Under the pieces are notes generated by a model that ran no database searches, was not told the DNA's origin, and saw only the letters and a list, made by a program, of their open reading frames with translations. A stretch of DNA of 64,000 nucleotides from Deltaproteobacteria bacterium (GTDB taxonomy: Bacteria > Myxococcota_A > UBA9160 > SMWR01): assembly GCA_032128375.1 (NCBI GenBank), contig JAQBGU010000095.1, positions 10,640 through 74,639 on the forward strand, given 5' to 3'. Shown piece after piece: positions 21,828-31,809 of the stretch (positions are counted from its first letter, which is position 1; each line of letters starts with the position of its first letter). A program made the position numbers and the translations under genes.

Positions 21828-22418
21828 TCACAGCTCCGCTGACGATGAGATGATCGTACCGACGATCCCGTAATCTTTGGCCTCCTCGGGACTCATCCAG
21901 TGATTCCGATCGGTGTCTTTACTGACTTTCTCCAGCGGTTGCCCGGTCTGGTTCGCGATCGTCTGGTTGAGTCGCTCGCGCGCTTTCAAGATCTCTTCCG
22001 CCTCGATCTGGATATCGCTGGCAGCCCCGCCAGCGCCGCCCATCGGCTGGTGGATCAGGAATCGAGTGTTCGGCAGGCAGTAGCGATCCTTCTTGGGAAC
22101 GGCGAGATAAATGTAGACGCCGGCGCTCGCTACCCATCCGGTGCCGATCATGATCACGCGCGGTTTCACGAAGTTCATCATATCGTGAATCGAATCGCCT
22201 GCTTCCACGTGTCCGCCCTCGGAATGCACGAACACCGTGATGTCATCATCGGAAGCCGCCGACAATGCCAGCAATTGGGCGGTGACTTCGCGCGCTACTC
22301 GAGAGGTGATCTCGCCGTGGATCAATATCGTGCGAGACTCGAAGAGTCGCTCGGAAACTTTCGGGTGGACCACGCCAGCGATGGCCTCAGCTGCGTCGTC
22401 TTCCTTTTCCTTGCTCAT
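21828..22418 (-). CDS. clpP: ATP-dependent Clp protease proteolytic subunit
   Basis: SEGG, GWVASAG (Ser), FLIHQP (His), DTDRNHWMSPEEAKDYGIV. Confidence 0.93.
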   Translation of the reverse strand: MSKEKEDDAAEAIAGVVHPKVSERLFESRTILIHGEITSRVAREVTAQLLALSAASDDDITVFVHSEGGHVEAGDSIHDMMNFVKPRVIMIGTGWVASAGVYIYLAVPKKDRYCLPNTRFLIHQPMGGAGGAASDIQIEAEEILKARERLNQTIANQTGQPLEKVSKDTDRNHWMSPEEAKDYGIVGTIISSSAEL

Positions 22419-22498
22419 GATACATACCCCCGGACGCTGCAAGAATTGCTTCGAGAAAACCTGCGAAGGAGCCCCTCGTGTTGATCCGCCCAGCCGGC

Positions 22499-23731
22499 TC
22501 AGCCAAACACCCGGCGAATCCGGGTGGCCGCTTCTTCGACGTTCTCGTGGGAATTGAACGCCGAGATCCGAATATAGCCCTCGCCCGCGGCACCGAAGCC
22601 GGAGCCCGGCGTTGCGACGACATGGGCTTGTTCGAGAAGCTGCTGGAAACAGTCCCACGAAGTGATCCCGCCCGGCGTCTTCATCCACACGTAGGGTGCG
22701 TGCTCCCCGCCAAACAGCGTGAAGCCGGCCTCCTGCAACCCTTCGCGCAGCATCGATGCATTGCGCATGTAGTGGGCAACCTGCTCGCCGGTCTGCTTGC
22801 GGCCCGCTTCGGAATACACTGCGGCAGCCGCGCGCTGAACGATGTAGGGGACACAGTTGTACTTCGTCGCCTGGCGACGGCCCCACAAGTTCGCGAGCGG
22901 GATGCGCTCGCCGGAAGCGCCGGCACCGGTTAATTCGCGTGGTAAAACGGTGTAGGCGCAGCGCACGCCGGTGAAGCCGGCGCGCTTCGAATAGCTGCGC
23001 ATCTCGATCGCGCATTCGCGCGCACCGTCGATTTCGTAGATGGAATGCGGTAGCTGGTTGTCTTGGATGAACGCATCGTAGGCGGCGTCGAAGATCAACA
23101 CAGAGTCATTCGCGCGCGCCCAGCCCACCCACTGTTCCAGGTTCTCGCGCGACGCGACTGCACCCGTTGGATTGTTGGGAGAGCACAGGTACGCGAGGTC
23201 GACGCGCTGCTTGGGCGGAGCAGGCGCAAAACCATTGGCCTCGGTGGCCGGCAGATAGAGAATCCCGTCGTAGGCGCCAAATTCGTTGGCAACCCCGGTC
23301 CGACCCGCCATCACGTTGGTATCGACGTACACCGGATAGCTCGGGTCGGTTACCGCGATCGTACAGTCGCCGCCGAAGATCTCCTGGATGTTTCCGCTGT
23401 CCTGTTTGCTGCCGTCAGAGACGAACAACTCGTCTTCGCCTATCTGGATGCCGCGAGCCGCGAAGTCGTGCTCAATGATGGCGTCGACGAGAAAGTCGTA
23501 ACCGCGATCCGGGCCGTAGCCGTGGACGCCGTCGGGTGTTCCCATCTCGGCAGCGGCTTCCCGCAATGCCTCGACGACGGCTGGCACCAGTGGCAACGTG
23601 ACGTCGCCGATGCCGAGCCTGATGATGTCCGCGTCAGGGTTCGCGGCGCTGAATTCGCTGACCCGGCGTCCGATCTCGGGAAACAGATAGCCCGCCTGGA
23701 GCTTCGAGTAGTTGTCGTTGATGCGCGTCAT
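22499..23731 (-). CDS. dapL: LL-diaminopimelate aminotransferase
   Basis: [49 protein letters not shown]. Confidence 0.93.
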   Translation of the reverse strand: MTRINDNYSKLQAGYLFPEIGRRVSEFSAANPDADIIRLGIGDVTLPLVPAVVEALREAAAEMGTPDGVHGYGPDRGYDFLVDAIIEHDFAARGIQIGEDELFVSDGSKQDSGNIQEIFGGDCTIAVTDPSYPVYVDTNVMAGRTGVANEFGAYDGILYLPATEANGFAPAPPKQRVDLAYLCSPNNPTGAVASRENLEQWVGWARANDSVLIFDAAYDAFIQDNQLPHSIYEIDGARECAIEMRSYSKRAGFTGVRCAYTVLPRELTGAGASGERIPLANLWGRRQATKYNCVPYIVQRAAAAVYSEAGRKQTGEQVAHYMRNASMLREGLQEAGFTLFGGEHAPYVWMKTPGGITSWDCFQQLLEQAHVVATPGSGFGAAGEGYIRISAFNSHENVEEAATRIRRVFG

Positions 23732-23804
23732 GGCGGCGGAACATAGCAGCCGAGAGGCGGTATTTCGGTCTACTGCGATCCTTCGCCCGTGTTTTGGAAA
23801 CCCG

Positions 23805-25430
23805 CTATCGAGGGCCGATGAGCACGCCAGGGTTCAAGATGCCCGCCGGGTCGAGTTCGGCCTTGGTGGCAGCAAGCGCGCGTGCGAAACCATCGGGTCG
23901 CTGGCGGTCGTACCAGGGACGGTGGTCGCGGCCGACCGAGTGGTGGTGGGTGATTGTGCCGCCGAATCGCAACAGGGCCTCGCTCGCGGCGGACTTGATC
24001 TCGGCCCATTGCTCGAGCTCACTGCCGCGCCGGCCGGGTGCCATCACCGTGTAGTAGGGTGCCGCACCGTCCGGGTAGGCGTGCGTAAACCGACACGACA
24101 CAGTCCCCGTTCCGCAGATGCGCTCGACCGCATCGCGGGTGGCGTCCATGACTGCATCGTGAAACTCGCCGAAACGATCCCACGGAATCGCGGTCTCGAA
24201 CGTCTCGGTAATCATGGCCGCGCGAACGACCGCGTCTCGCAAATATGGCGCGTTGAGAAATGCGTTGCGCCACGCACCGGCAGCGCCTTCACGCGCGCCC
24301 GAACTGCTGCTGGGGGACTGCACAGCGTCGCTCGGAATTTCGCCTCCTGCGTCCGCACAGCATTCCAGTGCTCGATCGATCCAAGCGGCGAGCGGGTGAT
24401 CGGCCGATTCGAACCCGAGTACCAGAATGCTGGCACCGGTCATGTCGGCACCGGAACTCGTCGCCTCTCCCGCGTCGAGTAGCCGGCAGTTCGAGGGGAA
24501 TAGTCCCGTTTGGCTCAGCGTACGCACCGCGCGTGCACCGTCGGAAAAGCCGTGTTCGCCGGGGAAGCGAATCGATGCGGATGCGCGAAACGTCGGTCGA
24601 TCCTGCAGGCGCATCCAGGCTTCGGTGACGATGCCGAGTGTGCCCTCGGATCCGAGAATCCAGCGGTCCGGACTCGGTCCCGCTCCGGAACCGGGCAGAC
24701 GACGACTCTCGATGATCCCCGTTGGTGTCACAGTGCGCAGCGATTCGACGAAATCGTCGATGTGAGTGTAGAGCGTCGCGTAGTGGCCACCGGATCGTGT
24801 GGCGATCCAACCGCCGAGCGTCGAAAACTCGAACGATTGCGGGTAGTGCCGCATGGTCAACCCGTGCGGCCGAAGTCCGTCCTCGAGCGCCGGGCCGTAG
24901 ATCCCGCCCTGAATGCGGGCGGCGCGCGAGACGGTGTCGATCTCGATAATCCGGTCGAGCCCGCCAAGGTCGATCGACACGGCACCCGCGTAGGCATCGC
25001 CAACGTCGGCCTCGACCCCGCCGGTTACGCTCGATCCGCCGCCGTAGGGGATCGCGGCTATTCGCGCGTCGGAAAGCCAGTCGAGCAGGGCGACTACTTC
25101 CGCCTCGCAGGTGGGAAAGGCCACCAGGTCGGGCGGGTTCTCGAACTCGCCGCGCGCTCCACGCACGATGTCACGAAACGACTTCCCGTAGGTGTGGGAA
25201 GCGCGATCGTATGTCGATGCCGAACAGAGAGACGCCAACGCTTCCGGCGGGACGATGCGGGGTGCGGGCAAATCGATGTCTTCGATACGCGGTGCCGGCG
25301 CCAACGCGACGGCCACTTCGAAGCGCTTCGCGAGCGTGGCCGCAATGCGCTGCGATTGTTCTTCGTTGGGCCCGTCGCCCTCGAACCCCCATCCCCAGAA
25401 TTTTCTTTTTCGCGCGCTTTTACCCGACAT
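23805..25430 (-). CDS. FAD-binding oxidoreductase, alkyl-DHAP synthase-like
   Basis: [44 protein letters not shown]. Confidence 0.88.
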   Translation of the reverse strand: MSGKSARKRKFWGWGFEGDGPNEEQSQRIAATLAKRFEVAVALAPAPRIEDIDLPAPRIVPPEALASLCSASTYDRASHTYGKSFRDIVRGARGEFENPPDLVAFPTCEAEVVALLDWLSDARIAAIPYGGGSSVTGGVEADVGDAYAGAVSIDLGGLDRIIEIDTVSRAARIQGGIYGPALEDGLRPHGLTMRHYPQSFEFSTLGGWIATRSGGHYATLYTHIDDFVESLRTVTPTGIIESRRLPGSGAGPSPDRWILGSEGTLGIVTEAWMRLQDRPTFRASASIRFPGEHGFSDGARAVRTLSQTGLFPSNCRLLDAGEATSSGADMTGASILVLGFESADHPLAAWIDRALECCADAGGEIPSDAVQSPSSSSGAREGAAGAWRNAFLNAPYLRDAVVRAAMITETFETAIPWDRFGEFHDAVMDATRDAVERICGTGTVSCRFTHAYPDGAAPYYTVMAPGRRGSELEQWAEIKSAASEALLRFGGTITHHHSVGRDHRPWYDRQRPDGFARALAATKAELDPAGILNPGVLIGPR

Positions 25431-25474
25431 CGGCGTTCCTCCTGGCTTGCGCTCATCGACTCCGGCAGCGCTGG

Positions 25475-26374
25475 CTACGCGTTGGGTGCCAGCGCCTCGA
25501 GAATTCGGAGGTCCGGCCCCGGTTTGCCGTCGCTGCGGAACGGCTGGATGCAGACGTGGTCGGCGCCGGCGTCCCGATGCGCCTGGATTCGATCCGCGAT
25601 CGCTTTTTCGTCGCCCCAGGCGACGATGGCATCCACCAATTTGTCGCTGCAGCCGTTTTCAAAATCGGCATCCTGGTAGCCGATCCACTTCAGGTTGTTC
25701 TGGTAGTTGGGAAGTCCCGCGTAGATGGCGATGTTCTGGCGCGCGATCTGTCGCGCTTTGGTGGGGTCTGTTTCGAGCAGCACCATCTGCTCGGGACACA
25801 GCAGCGGATCGGGCCCGAGGATTTCCCTGGCGCGCGCAGTGTGCTCGGGCGGGACAAAGTAGGGATGCGCACCACTGGCTTTTTCGCCCGCTAGACGCAG
25901 CATGTTCTGTCGCAGCGCTGCCAGCAGGATCGGCGCGTCCTGTTCGGGTTGGGGGCCCTGGTACAGGGCGCCGGACATGGCCTCGAGGTAGGCGCGCATC
26001 GTCGAGACGGGCTTGCCGTATTCGTGGCCACGGACCTTGCTGACGAGGTGCGAGTGCGACACCCCAATGCCGAGCAGGAAACGTCCTCCCGTCAACTCGG
26101 CGACGGTCTTCTGGATCGCACGCATCGTCATCGGGTCGCGTGCATAGATGTTGGCGATGCCAGTGGCAAGGATCAGCTTCTCGGTTCTCGCACCCAGGTA
26201 GCCGAGCAGCGCGAACGGGTCGCGCCCGATCGCTTCGGGAACCCACAGCGCCGAGTAGCCCCACTGCTCGATCTGGCTGGCGAAGTCTGCTGCCTGCGGT
26301 GCGCTGAAGGCGTCGAGCCAGGTCCAGACTCCAAGAGGTTCGAGAGTGCTGCGGTCGGGCGCTGAGGCACTCAT
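25475..26374 (-). CDS. LLM-class (luciferase-like), probably F420-dependent oxidoreductase
   Basis: GYSALWVPE, ATGIANIYARD, GRFLLGIGVSH, AGADHVCIQ; AGGAG RBS. Confidence 0.88.
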   Translation of the reverse strand: MSASAPDRSTLEPLGVWTWLDAFSAPQAADFASQIEQWGYSALWVPEAIGRDPFALLGYLGARTEKLILATGIANIYARDPMTMRAIQKTVAELTGGRFLLGIGVSHSHLVSKVRGHEYGKPVSTMRAYLEAMSGALYQGPQPEQDAPILLAALRQNMLRLAGEKASGAHPYFVPPEHTARAREILGPDPLLCPEQMVLLETDPTKARQIARQNIAIYAGLPNYQNNLKWIGYQDADFENGCSDKLVDAIVAWGDEKAIADRIQAHRDAGADHVCIQPFRSDGKPGPDLRILEALAPNA

Positions 26375-26389
26375 GGATTCGGTTGCTCC

Positions 26390-26437
26390 TGTTGTTGTGG
26401 TTGTTGTTGTGTTTGTTGTGTTTGTTGTCGTGGTTGT
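26390..26437 (-). repeat. C/A-rich low-complexity tract abutting the RBS of the LLM gene
   Basis: Minus strand reads ACAACCACGACAACAAACACAACAAACACAACAACAACCACAACAAC-AGGAG. Confidence 0.75.
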
Positions 26438-26554
26438 ATTTTGCAGTTTGCAGTTGCAGCCGTGCCTCGAGGGTCGGGTTGCGACGATCGCGTGAGGCAT
26501 ATGCCTCGAGTGAAGTTCGCAGGGTAACCCAAAGCGCCGCGTCGCAATTGGGCT

Positions 26555-27160
26555 GTGCGAGTATCCGCGTGGGTGCGGCTTCGCTGGCTCTCGGTCGCCA
26601 TGGCAGCCGGTTCCGTCGCGCTGTCGGTCGGGTGGGGGGTATCTGACTGGCTCGAGCAGCACAACGACTTCTGCACGAGCTGTCATCTGGACTCGGGTGT
26701 CCCGCTTCATATCGACCTGCGCCGCGCGTACGACCGCTCGCCGGAAGCGAATCTCGCCTCGGCCCACGCTCGCGCCGAAGTCCCGGGTCGCGCTGATGGC
26801 TTTCGCTGTATCGACTGCCACGGCGGTGCCAGCTGGAAAGGACGAGCCAGGGTAAAGGCGCTCGCCGCGATCGACGGGTTCTGGTACGCAGTGGGTCGCT
26901 TTGATGAGCCAACAGCAATGAAGTGGCCGCTTCTGGATGAGGACTGCCAGAAGTGTCATGCAGAATTCGACCCGCCATCGATCGGGGATTGGGAAACTCC
27001 GCGATTTCACGACTTGCCGGTACACAACGTCGAACTCGGCGTAGACTGTGTGGCGTGTCATCGCGCACACGAGTCGGGTGGGAATCCGGGCGGTTTCTTC
27101 ATCGCGGCGGATTGGGTGCGACCGCAGTGCGGACGCTGTCACGAGAGAGACGCAACCTAG
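26555..27160 (+). CDS. Membrane-anchored pentaheme cytochrome c (NapC/NrfH-like N-terminus)
   Basis: N-terminal TM helix; CTSCH, CIDCH, CQKCH, CVACH, CGRCH. Confidence 0.85.
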   Translation: MRVSAWVRLRWLSVAMAAGSVALSVGWGVSDWLEQHNDFCTSCHLDSGVPLHIDLRRAYDRSPEANLASAHARAEVPGRADGFRCIDCHGGASWKGRARVKALAAIDGFWYAVGRFDEPTAMKWPLLDEDCQKCHAEFDPPSIGDWETPRFHDLPVHNVELGVDCVACHRAHESGGNPGGFFIAADWVRPQCGRCHERDAT

Positions 27161-27363
27161 GACCCAGATGAGTATTCGATATTGATGGGTATTCGATGAG
27201 TCTGGAATGGAGCCGAAGGGCGGGGCGGCGGAAACTACCAACGCCTGGCATCAAGATATCGTCGTCGAACGGCCCGCGGCGAGAGGCGGCTGGGGCTCAT
27301 GAGCCACTGGTCTGCGGCCGCCAGAATCGGGCATCATGCCGCCAGCTGTCGCACGGAGTACTC

Positions 27364-28434
27364 ATGCTGACTCGCATCTCGATCCTCGTTGCGGCAACCA
27401 TCTTCGCCCTGGTCGCGCTCACTGGCTGTACCGTCGCTCCCGTGCGCCGCGCGCCGCCGGCGCTGGGCTACGCGGAGCGGCCGACGACCAGTGGAGCGGA
27501 CCGCTTCCCGAACTGGCCTGTTCCGGCCGACGAGGCCGAGCGCCTGATCCTGCACGCCCGGCGCGAATTGAAGAAGCGGACAGGCGCAGGCGCTGGAACC
27601 ACCGGGGCGGAGAAAGTGTCGCTCGCCTTTCCGGACGACGACATCGAGCTGGACATCAAGTGGAAGCTGGTGGACTCCTCTTGGAAGGGGATCACCGAGC
27701 GGTACGACGGCATCAACAACTCTCCGCGCAAGGAGCTCGCGGCCTGGAAGATCCAGCGTCTCTTCCTCGAGCCCGAGGACTACGTCGCCCCGTTCACCAC
27801 GGCCTACTGCGTGCCGCTGGCCGAAGCTTCCGAAGCGGATCGCAAGCTGGGCCCCACCATAGCTGGAAGCCAGTGCCAGCTGGGTGTGGCCGCGGTGTGG
27901 CTGCAGAACATCACGCTGCAGATTCCGGTGCTGGACTCAGAGCGCTTCGACCGCGACTACGTGTACGCGTACTTCCTTTCGAACCTCAACATCTTTACCT
28001 ACCTGGTGAAACACCACGACGGGCGCGATGGAAACTTTTTGGTGTCAAAGGACGACGCGCGCCGTCAGGTGTTCTCGATCGACAACGGGGTCAGCTTCGG
28101 GGCCGGCTTCAGCGGACTGTTCTACAACTGGTTCGTGGCGAACTGGAACTCGATCCGCGTGCCGGCTCTGCGCAAAGCATCGATCGATCGCCTGCGCGGG
28201 GTGACGGAGGCGGACGTCACGGCGGCTCTGGGCGTGGTCTCACAGCTCGAGCGAAACGATGAGGGCATCTATGTCAACGTCCCGCCGGGCAAGAACCTGG
28301 ATCCGAGCCGCGGGGTGCGTATCGAGGGCAGGCAGCTTCAATTCGGGCTCACCGACGACGAGGTCGAGGACGTCTGGCAGCGCATCCAAGACCTGATCGA
28401 AGACGTAGACACTGGTGTGCTTCCCGTCTTCTAG
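27364..28434 (+). CDS. Lipoprotein with atypical (PI3/4K/HipA-like) kinase motifs
   Basis: Lipobox LTGC; GAGTTG, IKWK, RKELAAW, DGRDGN and IDNG in kinase order. Confidence 0.65.
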   Translation: MLTRISILVAATIFALVALTGCTVAPVRRAPPALGYAERPTTSGADRFPNWPVPADEAERLILHARRELKKRTGAGAGTTGAEKVSLAFPDDDIELDIKWKLVDSSWKGITERYDGINNSPRKELAAWKIQRLFLEPEDYVAPFTTAYCVPLAEASEADRKLGPTIAGSQCQLGVAAVWLQNITLQIPVLDSERFDRDYVYAYFLSNLNIFTYLVKHHDGRDGNFLVSKDDARRQVFSIDNGVSFGAGFSGLFYNWFVANWNSIRVPALRKASIDRLRGVTEADVTAALGVVSQLERNDEGIYVNVPPGKNLDPSRGVRIEGRQLQFGLTDDEVEDVWQRIQDLIEDVDTGVLPVF

Positions 28435-28542
28435 TCCGGTTTCGAAGCATCTCGGAAGCGGAGGCCAGCCCGGGCCGACTCCACGTCGCTGTCGGGCTGG
28501 TCCATTTCGAATCTTGACAGCTACGAGGCTCGTGAAACGTTG

Positions 28543-29994
28543 ATGACCGAAGAACCGCGCCGCGGAATGCTCGAGCGCTTCCTCAGCCTCTTCTCCGACA
28601 TCCGCCCGGGGGAGGGCGCGAACGTCCTGCTGATGTTCGCGAACATCTTCCTGATCCTGACGGCGTACTACGTGCTCAAGGTGGTGCGCGAGAGCCTGAC
28701 GATCGGCGGGGTCCAGCTCTTCGGCCTGGGCGGCGACGAGATCAAGGCCTACTTGCCGGCCGCGATGGCTGTGCTCTTGCTGGGAGTCGTCCCGCTCTAT
28801 GGGGCCGTCGCGAGCGCCGTGAGCCGCATCCGCCTGATCAATGGGACCACGCTGATAGTGATGGGGACCCTGGTCCTTTTCTGGTTCTGGGGCCGCGCTA
28901 GCGGTGTCGGCACCGCGATCGGATTGTCCTTCTATGTCTACATCGGCATCGTCAACGTCTTCCTGATTGCGCAGTTCTGGTCGTTCGCAAACGACATCTA
29001 CACCGAGTCCGAAGGCAAGCGCCTGTTCGCCGTGATCGCGATCGGCCAGTCGCTCGGAGCCGTGCTCGGCCCACGCATCGCTGGACACGGTGCAGACGAC
29101 ATCTTTGTGCTGCTTCTCGTGAGCGCGGGGATCTTCGCCGTTTGCTTGTTGCTCTACAACCTCATCAACACGCGCGTCCGCCCGGAGCACGCCGACGAGG
29201 GAGGCGGCGACTGGCAGGCCGAAAAGCCGCTCGAGAAGGGGGACGGCTTCCGGCTCGTCCTGACCACCCGCTACCTGCTGCTGATCGCCTGCATGGTGTT
29301 GGTGTCGAACCTCGTGAACACCACGGGCGAATACATCCTGTCGAATGCGGCACTGAAGCACGCGGAGGAGACGGTGCCCAGCCTCCCGGCCGCCGCGGTC
29401 AACGCGAATGCAAAGCGGGCCGTGATCGATGCTGCGGTGCCGGACCCCCAAGCGGACGAGGCGACGGGCCGGGCCGCGGCGTTGCGCAGCGCGCGCTCCG
29501 AAGTGATCGGGAAGTTCTACGGCGACTTCTTTTTCTGGGTGAACCTCGTCGGCGTCATCACCCAGATGTTCCTGGTCTCGCGCATCTTCAAGTACCTGGG
29601 GGTGCGCGCGGCGCTCTTCGTGCTGCCGGTGATCGCGTTCGGCGGTTACGCGGCGATCGGCCTGATCGGCGGCCTCACAGTGCTCCGCTTCGCCAAGACC
29701 GCCGAGAACAGCACTGACTACTCGCTCCAGAACACGGTGAAGCAGGCGCTATTCCTGCCCACCTCGCGAGAGGCCAAGTACAAGGCCAAGGCAGCCATCG
29801 ACACCTTCTTCGTACGCTTCGGCGACACCGCCTCCGCGGGCCTGATCTGGGTCGGACTCCACTTGCTCGTGCTGGAAGCGCGCGATTTCGCGTTCGCAAA
29901 CGTGGGACTCGTGTTGATCTGGCTGCTGCTCAACGTGGGGATCGCGAGGGAGCACAAGAAGCTGGTTCCCAACGACCGCGAGCAGAAACTGTGA
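28543..29994 (+). CDS. NTT/TLC-like ATP/ADP (nucleotide) translocase, MFS fold
   Basis: YYVLKVVRESL, FWSFANDIY..EGKRLF, YSLQNT, KYKAKAAIDTFFVRFGD; about 12 TM helices. Confidence 0.85.
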   Translation: MTEEPRRGMLERFLSLFSDIRPGEGANVLLMFANIFLILTAYYVLKVVRESLTIGGVQLFGLGGDEIKAYLPAAMAVLLLGVVPLYGAVASAVSRIRLINGTTLIVMGTLVLFWFWGRASGVGTAIGLSFYVYIGIVNVFLIAQFWSFANDIYTESEGKRLFAVIAIGQSLGAVLGPRIAGHGADDIFVLLLVSAGIFAVCLLLYNLINTRVRPEHADEGGGDWQAEKPLEKGDGFRLVLTTRYLLLIACMVLVSNLVNTTGEYILSNAALKHAEETVPSLPAAAVNANAKRAVIDAAVPDPQADEATGRAAALRSARSEVIGKFYGDFFFWVNLVGVITQMFLVSRIFKYLGVRAALFVLPVIAFGGYAAIGLIGGLTVLRFAKTAENSTDYSLQNTVKQALFLPTSREAKYKAKAAIDTFFVRFGDTASAGLIWVGLHLLVLEARDFAFANVGLVLIWLLLNVGIAREHKKLVPNDREQKL

Positions 29995-30043
29995 GACAGG
30001 ATTTCTGCCCGACCTCTTCCGCTCCACGAGAAGAAACCCGTGG

Positions 30044-30403
30044 ATGCATACGGAAGCAACAGGCGCAAACAATCTACTATTCAAGAAGCATGACACAAAC
30101 GGCGACTACATCGTGGAGAGCGCCATCCCAGCCTCCAACGACGCCAAGGCTGATGACGTCGGTTGCCGGGGAGAGGACTCGGCCACGAAGAAGTGGGCGA
30201 GCGCCTCTGTGGTATTCACGCTCCGCGCGCCCGCTGCGACCGGCGACTTTCCGCTGGCTGCGTCGTACTGGTATGGAACCGAGAAGGCGTCGCCGCTCGG
30301 CTGTACGACCAACGCGATGGGCCGCCAGGAAGTTCGCGGTGGTTTCACGGGCGGCTCGGGGCGTCTGCTGTTCAGCGACGTGCTCCAGATTCAGGTGAAA
30401 TAG
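30044..30403 (+). pseudogene. Probable C-terminal remnant of an unknown protein
   Basis: Protein-like 3' part ending FSDVLQIQVK, but no convincing RBS or N-terminus. Confidence 0.35.
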
Positions 30404-30598
30404 CCGCGTCGCGCAACTTTCCGCACAACTGTGCGCAGCCAGGACTCGAATCCGAAAGGTCGCGAGGCGAGCCACGCTGCGCGATGCTAAGACGGCTGTG
30501 TTGCACGTCTGGGGGCCGGCTGCCGTCTTCCCGAAACCGCTTTGCGTTTCACTGTTGCAACCGGCTCGAATCAGTTGCCCGAACCGAAGGAATACCTG

Positions 30599-31792
30599 TT
30601 GAACGCCACACCCGACTACCGCGTTTTCGATGCGGACAACCACTACTACGAAGCCCTCGACGCCTTCACTCGCCACCTCGATCCCAAGGTTGCCAGGCGA
30701 ACCGTCCAGTGGTGCGAAATCGAGGGCCGCAAGTATCACGTGGTCGGTGGTCGCGTCAGCCACGCGGTGACCAACCCCACCTTTACGCCGATCGCGAAAC
30801 CCGGCGCGCTGCACGCCTATTTGAAGGGCGATTCCGATGGACGCAACGCGTTCGAGCTGATGCGCGACCGTGAACCGATACCAGACTACTACCTGCAACC
30901 GGCAGCCCGGGTCAAGAAGATGGACGAGCAGGGACTGGATTCGACGTGGTTGTTTCCGACGCTCGGCGTGCTGTACGAAGAACTCTCGAGCCACGATATC
31001 GAGGCCGTGAAGCTCACGTTCCGGTCGTTCAATCGCTGGCTCGATGAGGACTGGGGGTTCGCGTTTCAGAACCGAATCTACGCTTCGCCCTACATCTCGT
31101 TGTGCGACGTAGACTTCGCGGTGTCCGAACTCGAATGGGCGCTCGAACGGGGTGCGCGCAGCGTCGTCATGCGGCCAGCGGCCGCTTTCACGATCGGCGG
31201 ACCGCTGTCGCCGGGTGACCCGCACTTCGACCCCTTCTGGGCGCGCGTCAACGAGGCGGGGATCGCCGTCATCGTGCACGCGGGCGACAGTGGTTACAGC
31301 TGCAATGGTTACGCGCCCGACGGTTTCGGCGCCGACTTCGGCAGCGACGGAGTGATGCGGCGACCGTCTGTAAAGGCGTGGAACATCGAGCGTGCCGCGC
31401 TCGACTTCCTCGCGCAGATGATCTTCGATCGCGTCTTCGAGCGATTCCCTCATGTGCGACTTGCCTCGATCGAGAATGGCTCCGAATTCTTGCCAGATCT
31501 GTTTCGCAAGCTTGGGTCGCTCGGCAAGAAGATGACTCACTATTTCGAGAATGATCCGCTCGAGACCTTCCGGCAGCACGTCTGGATCAGTCCCTTCTGG
31601 GAAGACGACGTGGGCGAAGTGGTCGAATTCATGGGGGCGGATCGCGTCGTCTTCGGTTCGGATTGGCCGCACATCGAAGGTCTACCCCAGCCGCTCGACT
31701 ACCTCGACGAGATCGCGAGCTTCGACGCACCTACGCAGAAGAAGATCATGTCCGACAACATGTTCGCACTCAACGAGCTGCGCCCGGCCTGA
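30599..31792 (+). CDS. Amidohydrolase family 2 protein
   Basis: DADNHYYE, FPTLG, DPFWA..NE...H, FGSDWPHIEG. Confidence 0.9.
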   Translation: MNATPDYRVFDADNHYYEALDAFTRHLDPKVARRTVQWCEIEGRKYHVVGGRVSHAVTNPTFTPIAKPGALHAYLKGDSDGRNAFELMRDREPIPDYYLQPAARVKKMDEQGLDSTWLFPTLGVLYEELSSHDIEAVKLTFRSFNRWLDEDWGFAFQNRIYASPYISLCDVDFAVSELEWALERGARSVVMRPAAAFTIGGPLSPGDPHFDPFWARVNEAGIAVIVHAGDSGYSCNGYAPDGFGADFGSDGVMRRPSVKAWNIERAALDFLAQMIFDRVFERFPHVRLASIENGSEFLPDLFRKLGSLGKKMTHYFENDPLETFRQHVWISPFWEDDVGEVVEFMGADRVVFGSDWPHIEGLPQPLDYLDEIASFDAPTQKKIMSDNMFALNELRPA

Positions 31793-31809
31793 CGCGACGC
31801 AATGGTGGT

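Noticed and set aside
26375..27241. N-terminal extension of the 588-aa ORF including poly-Thr
   Set aside because: Antisense to the pentaheme cytochrome; the poly-Thr is just the translated CA tract upstream of the true RBS
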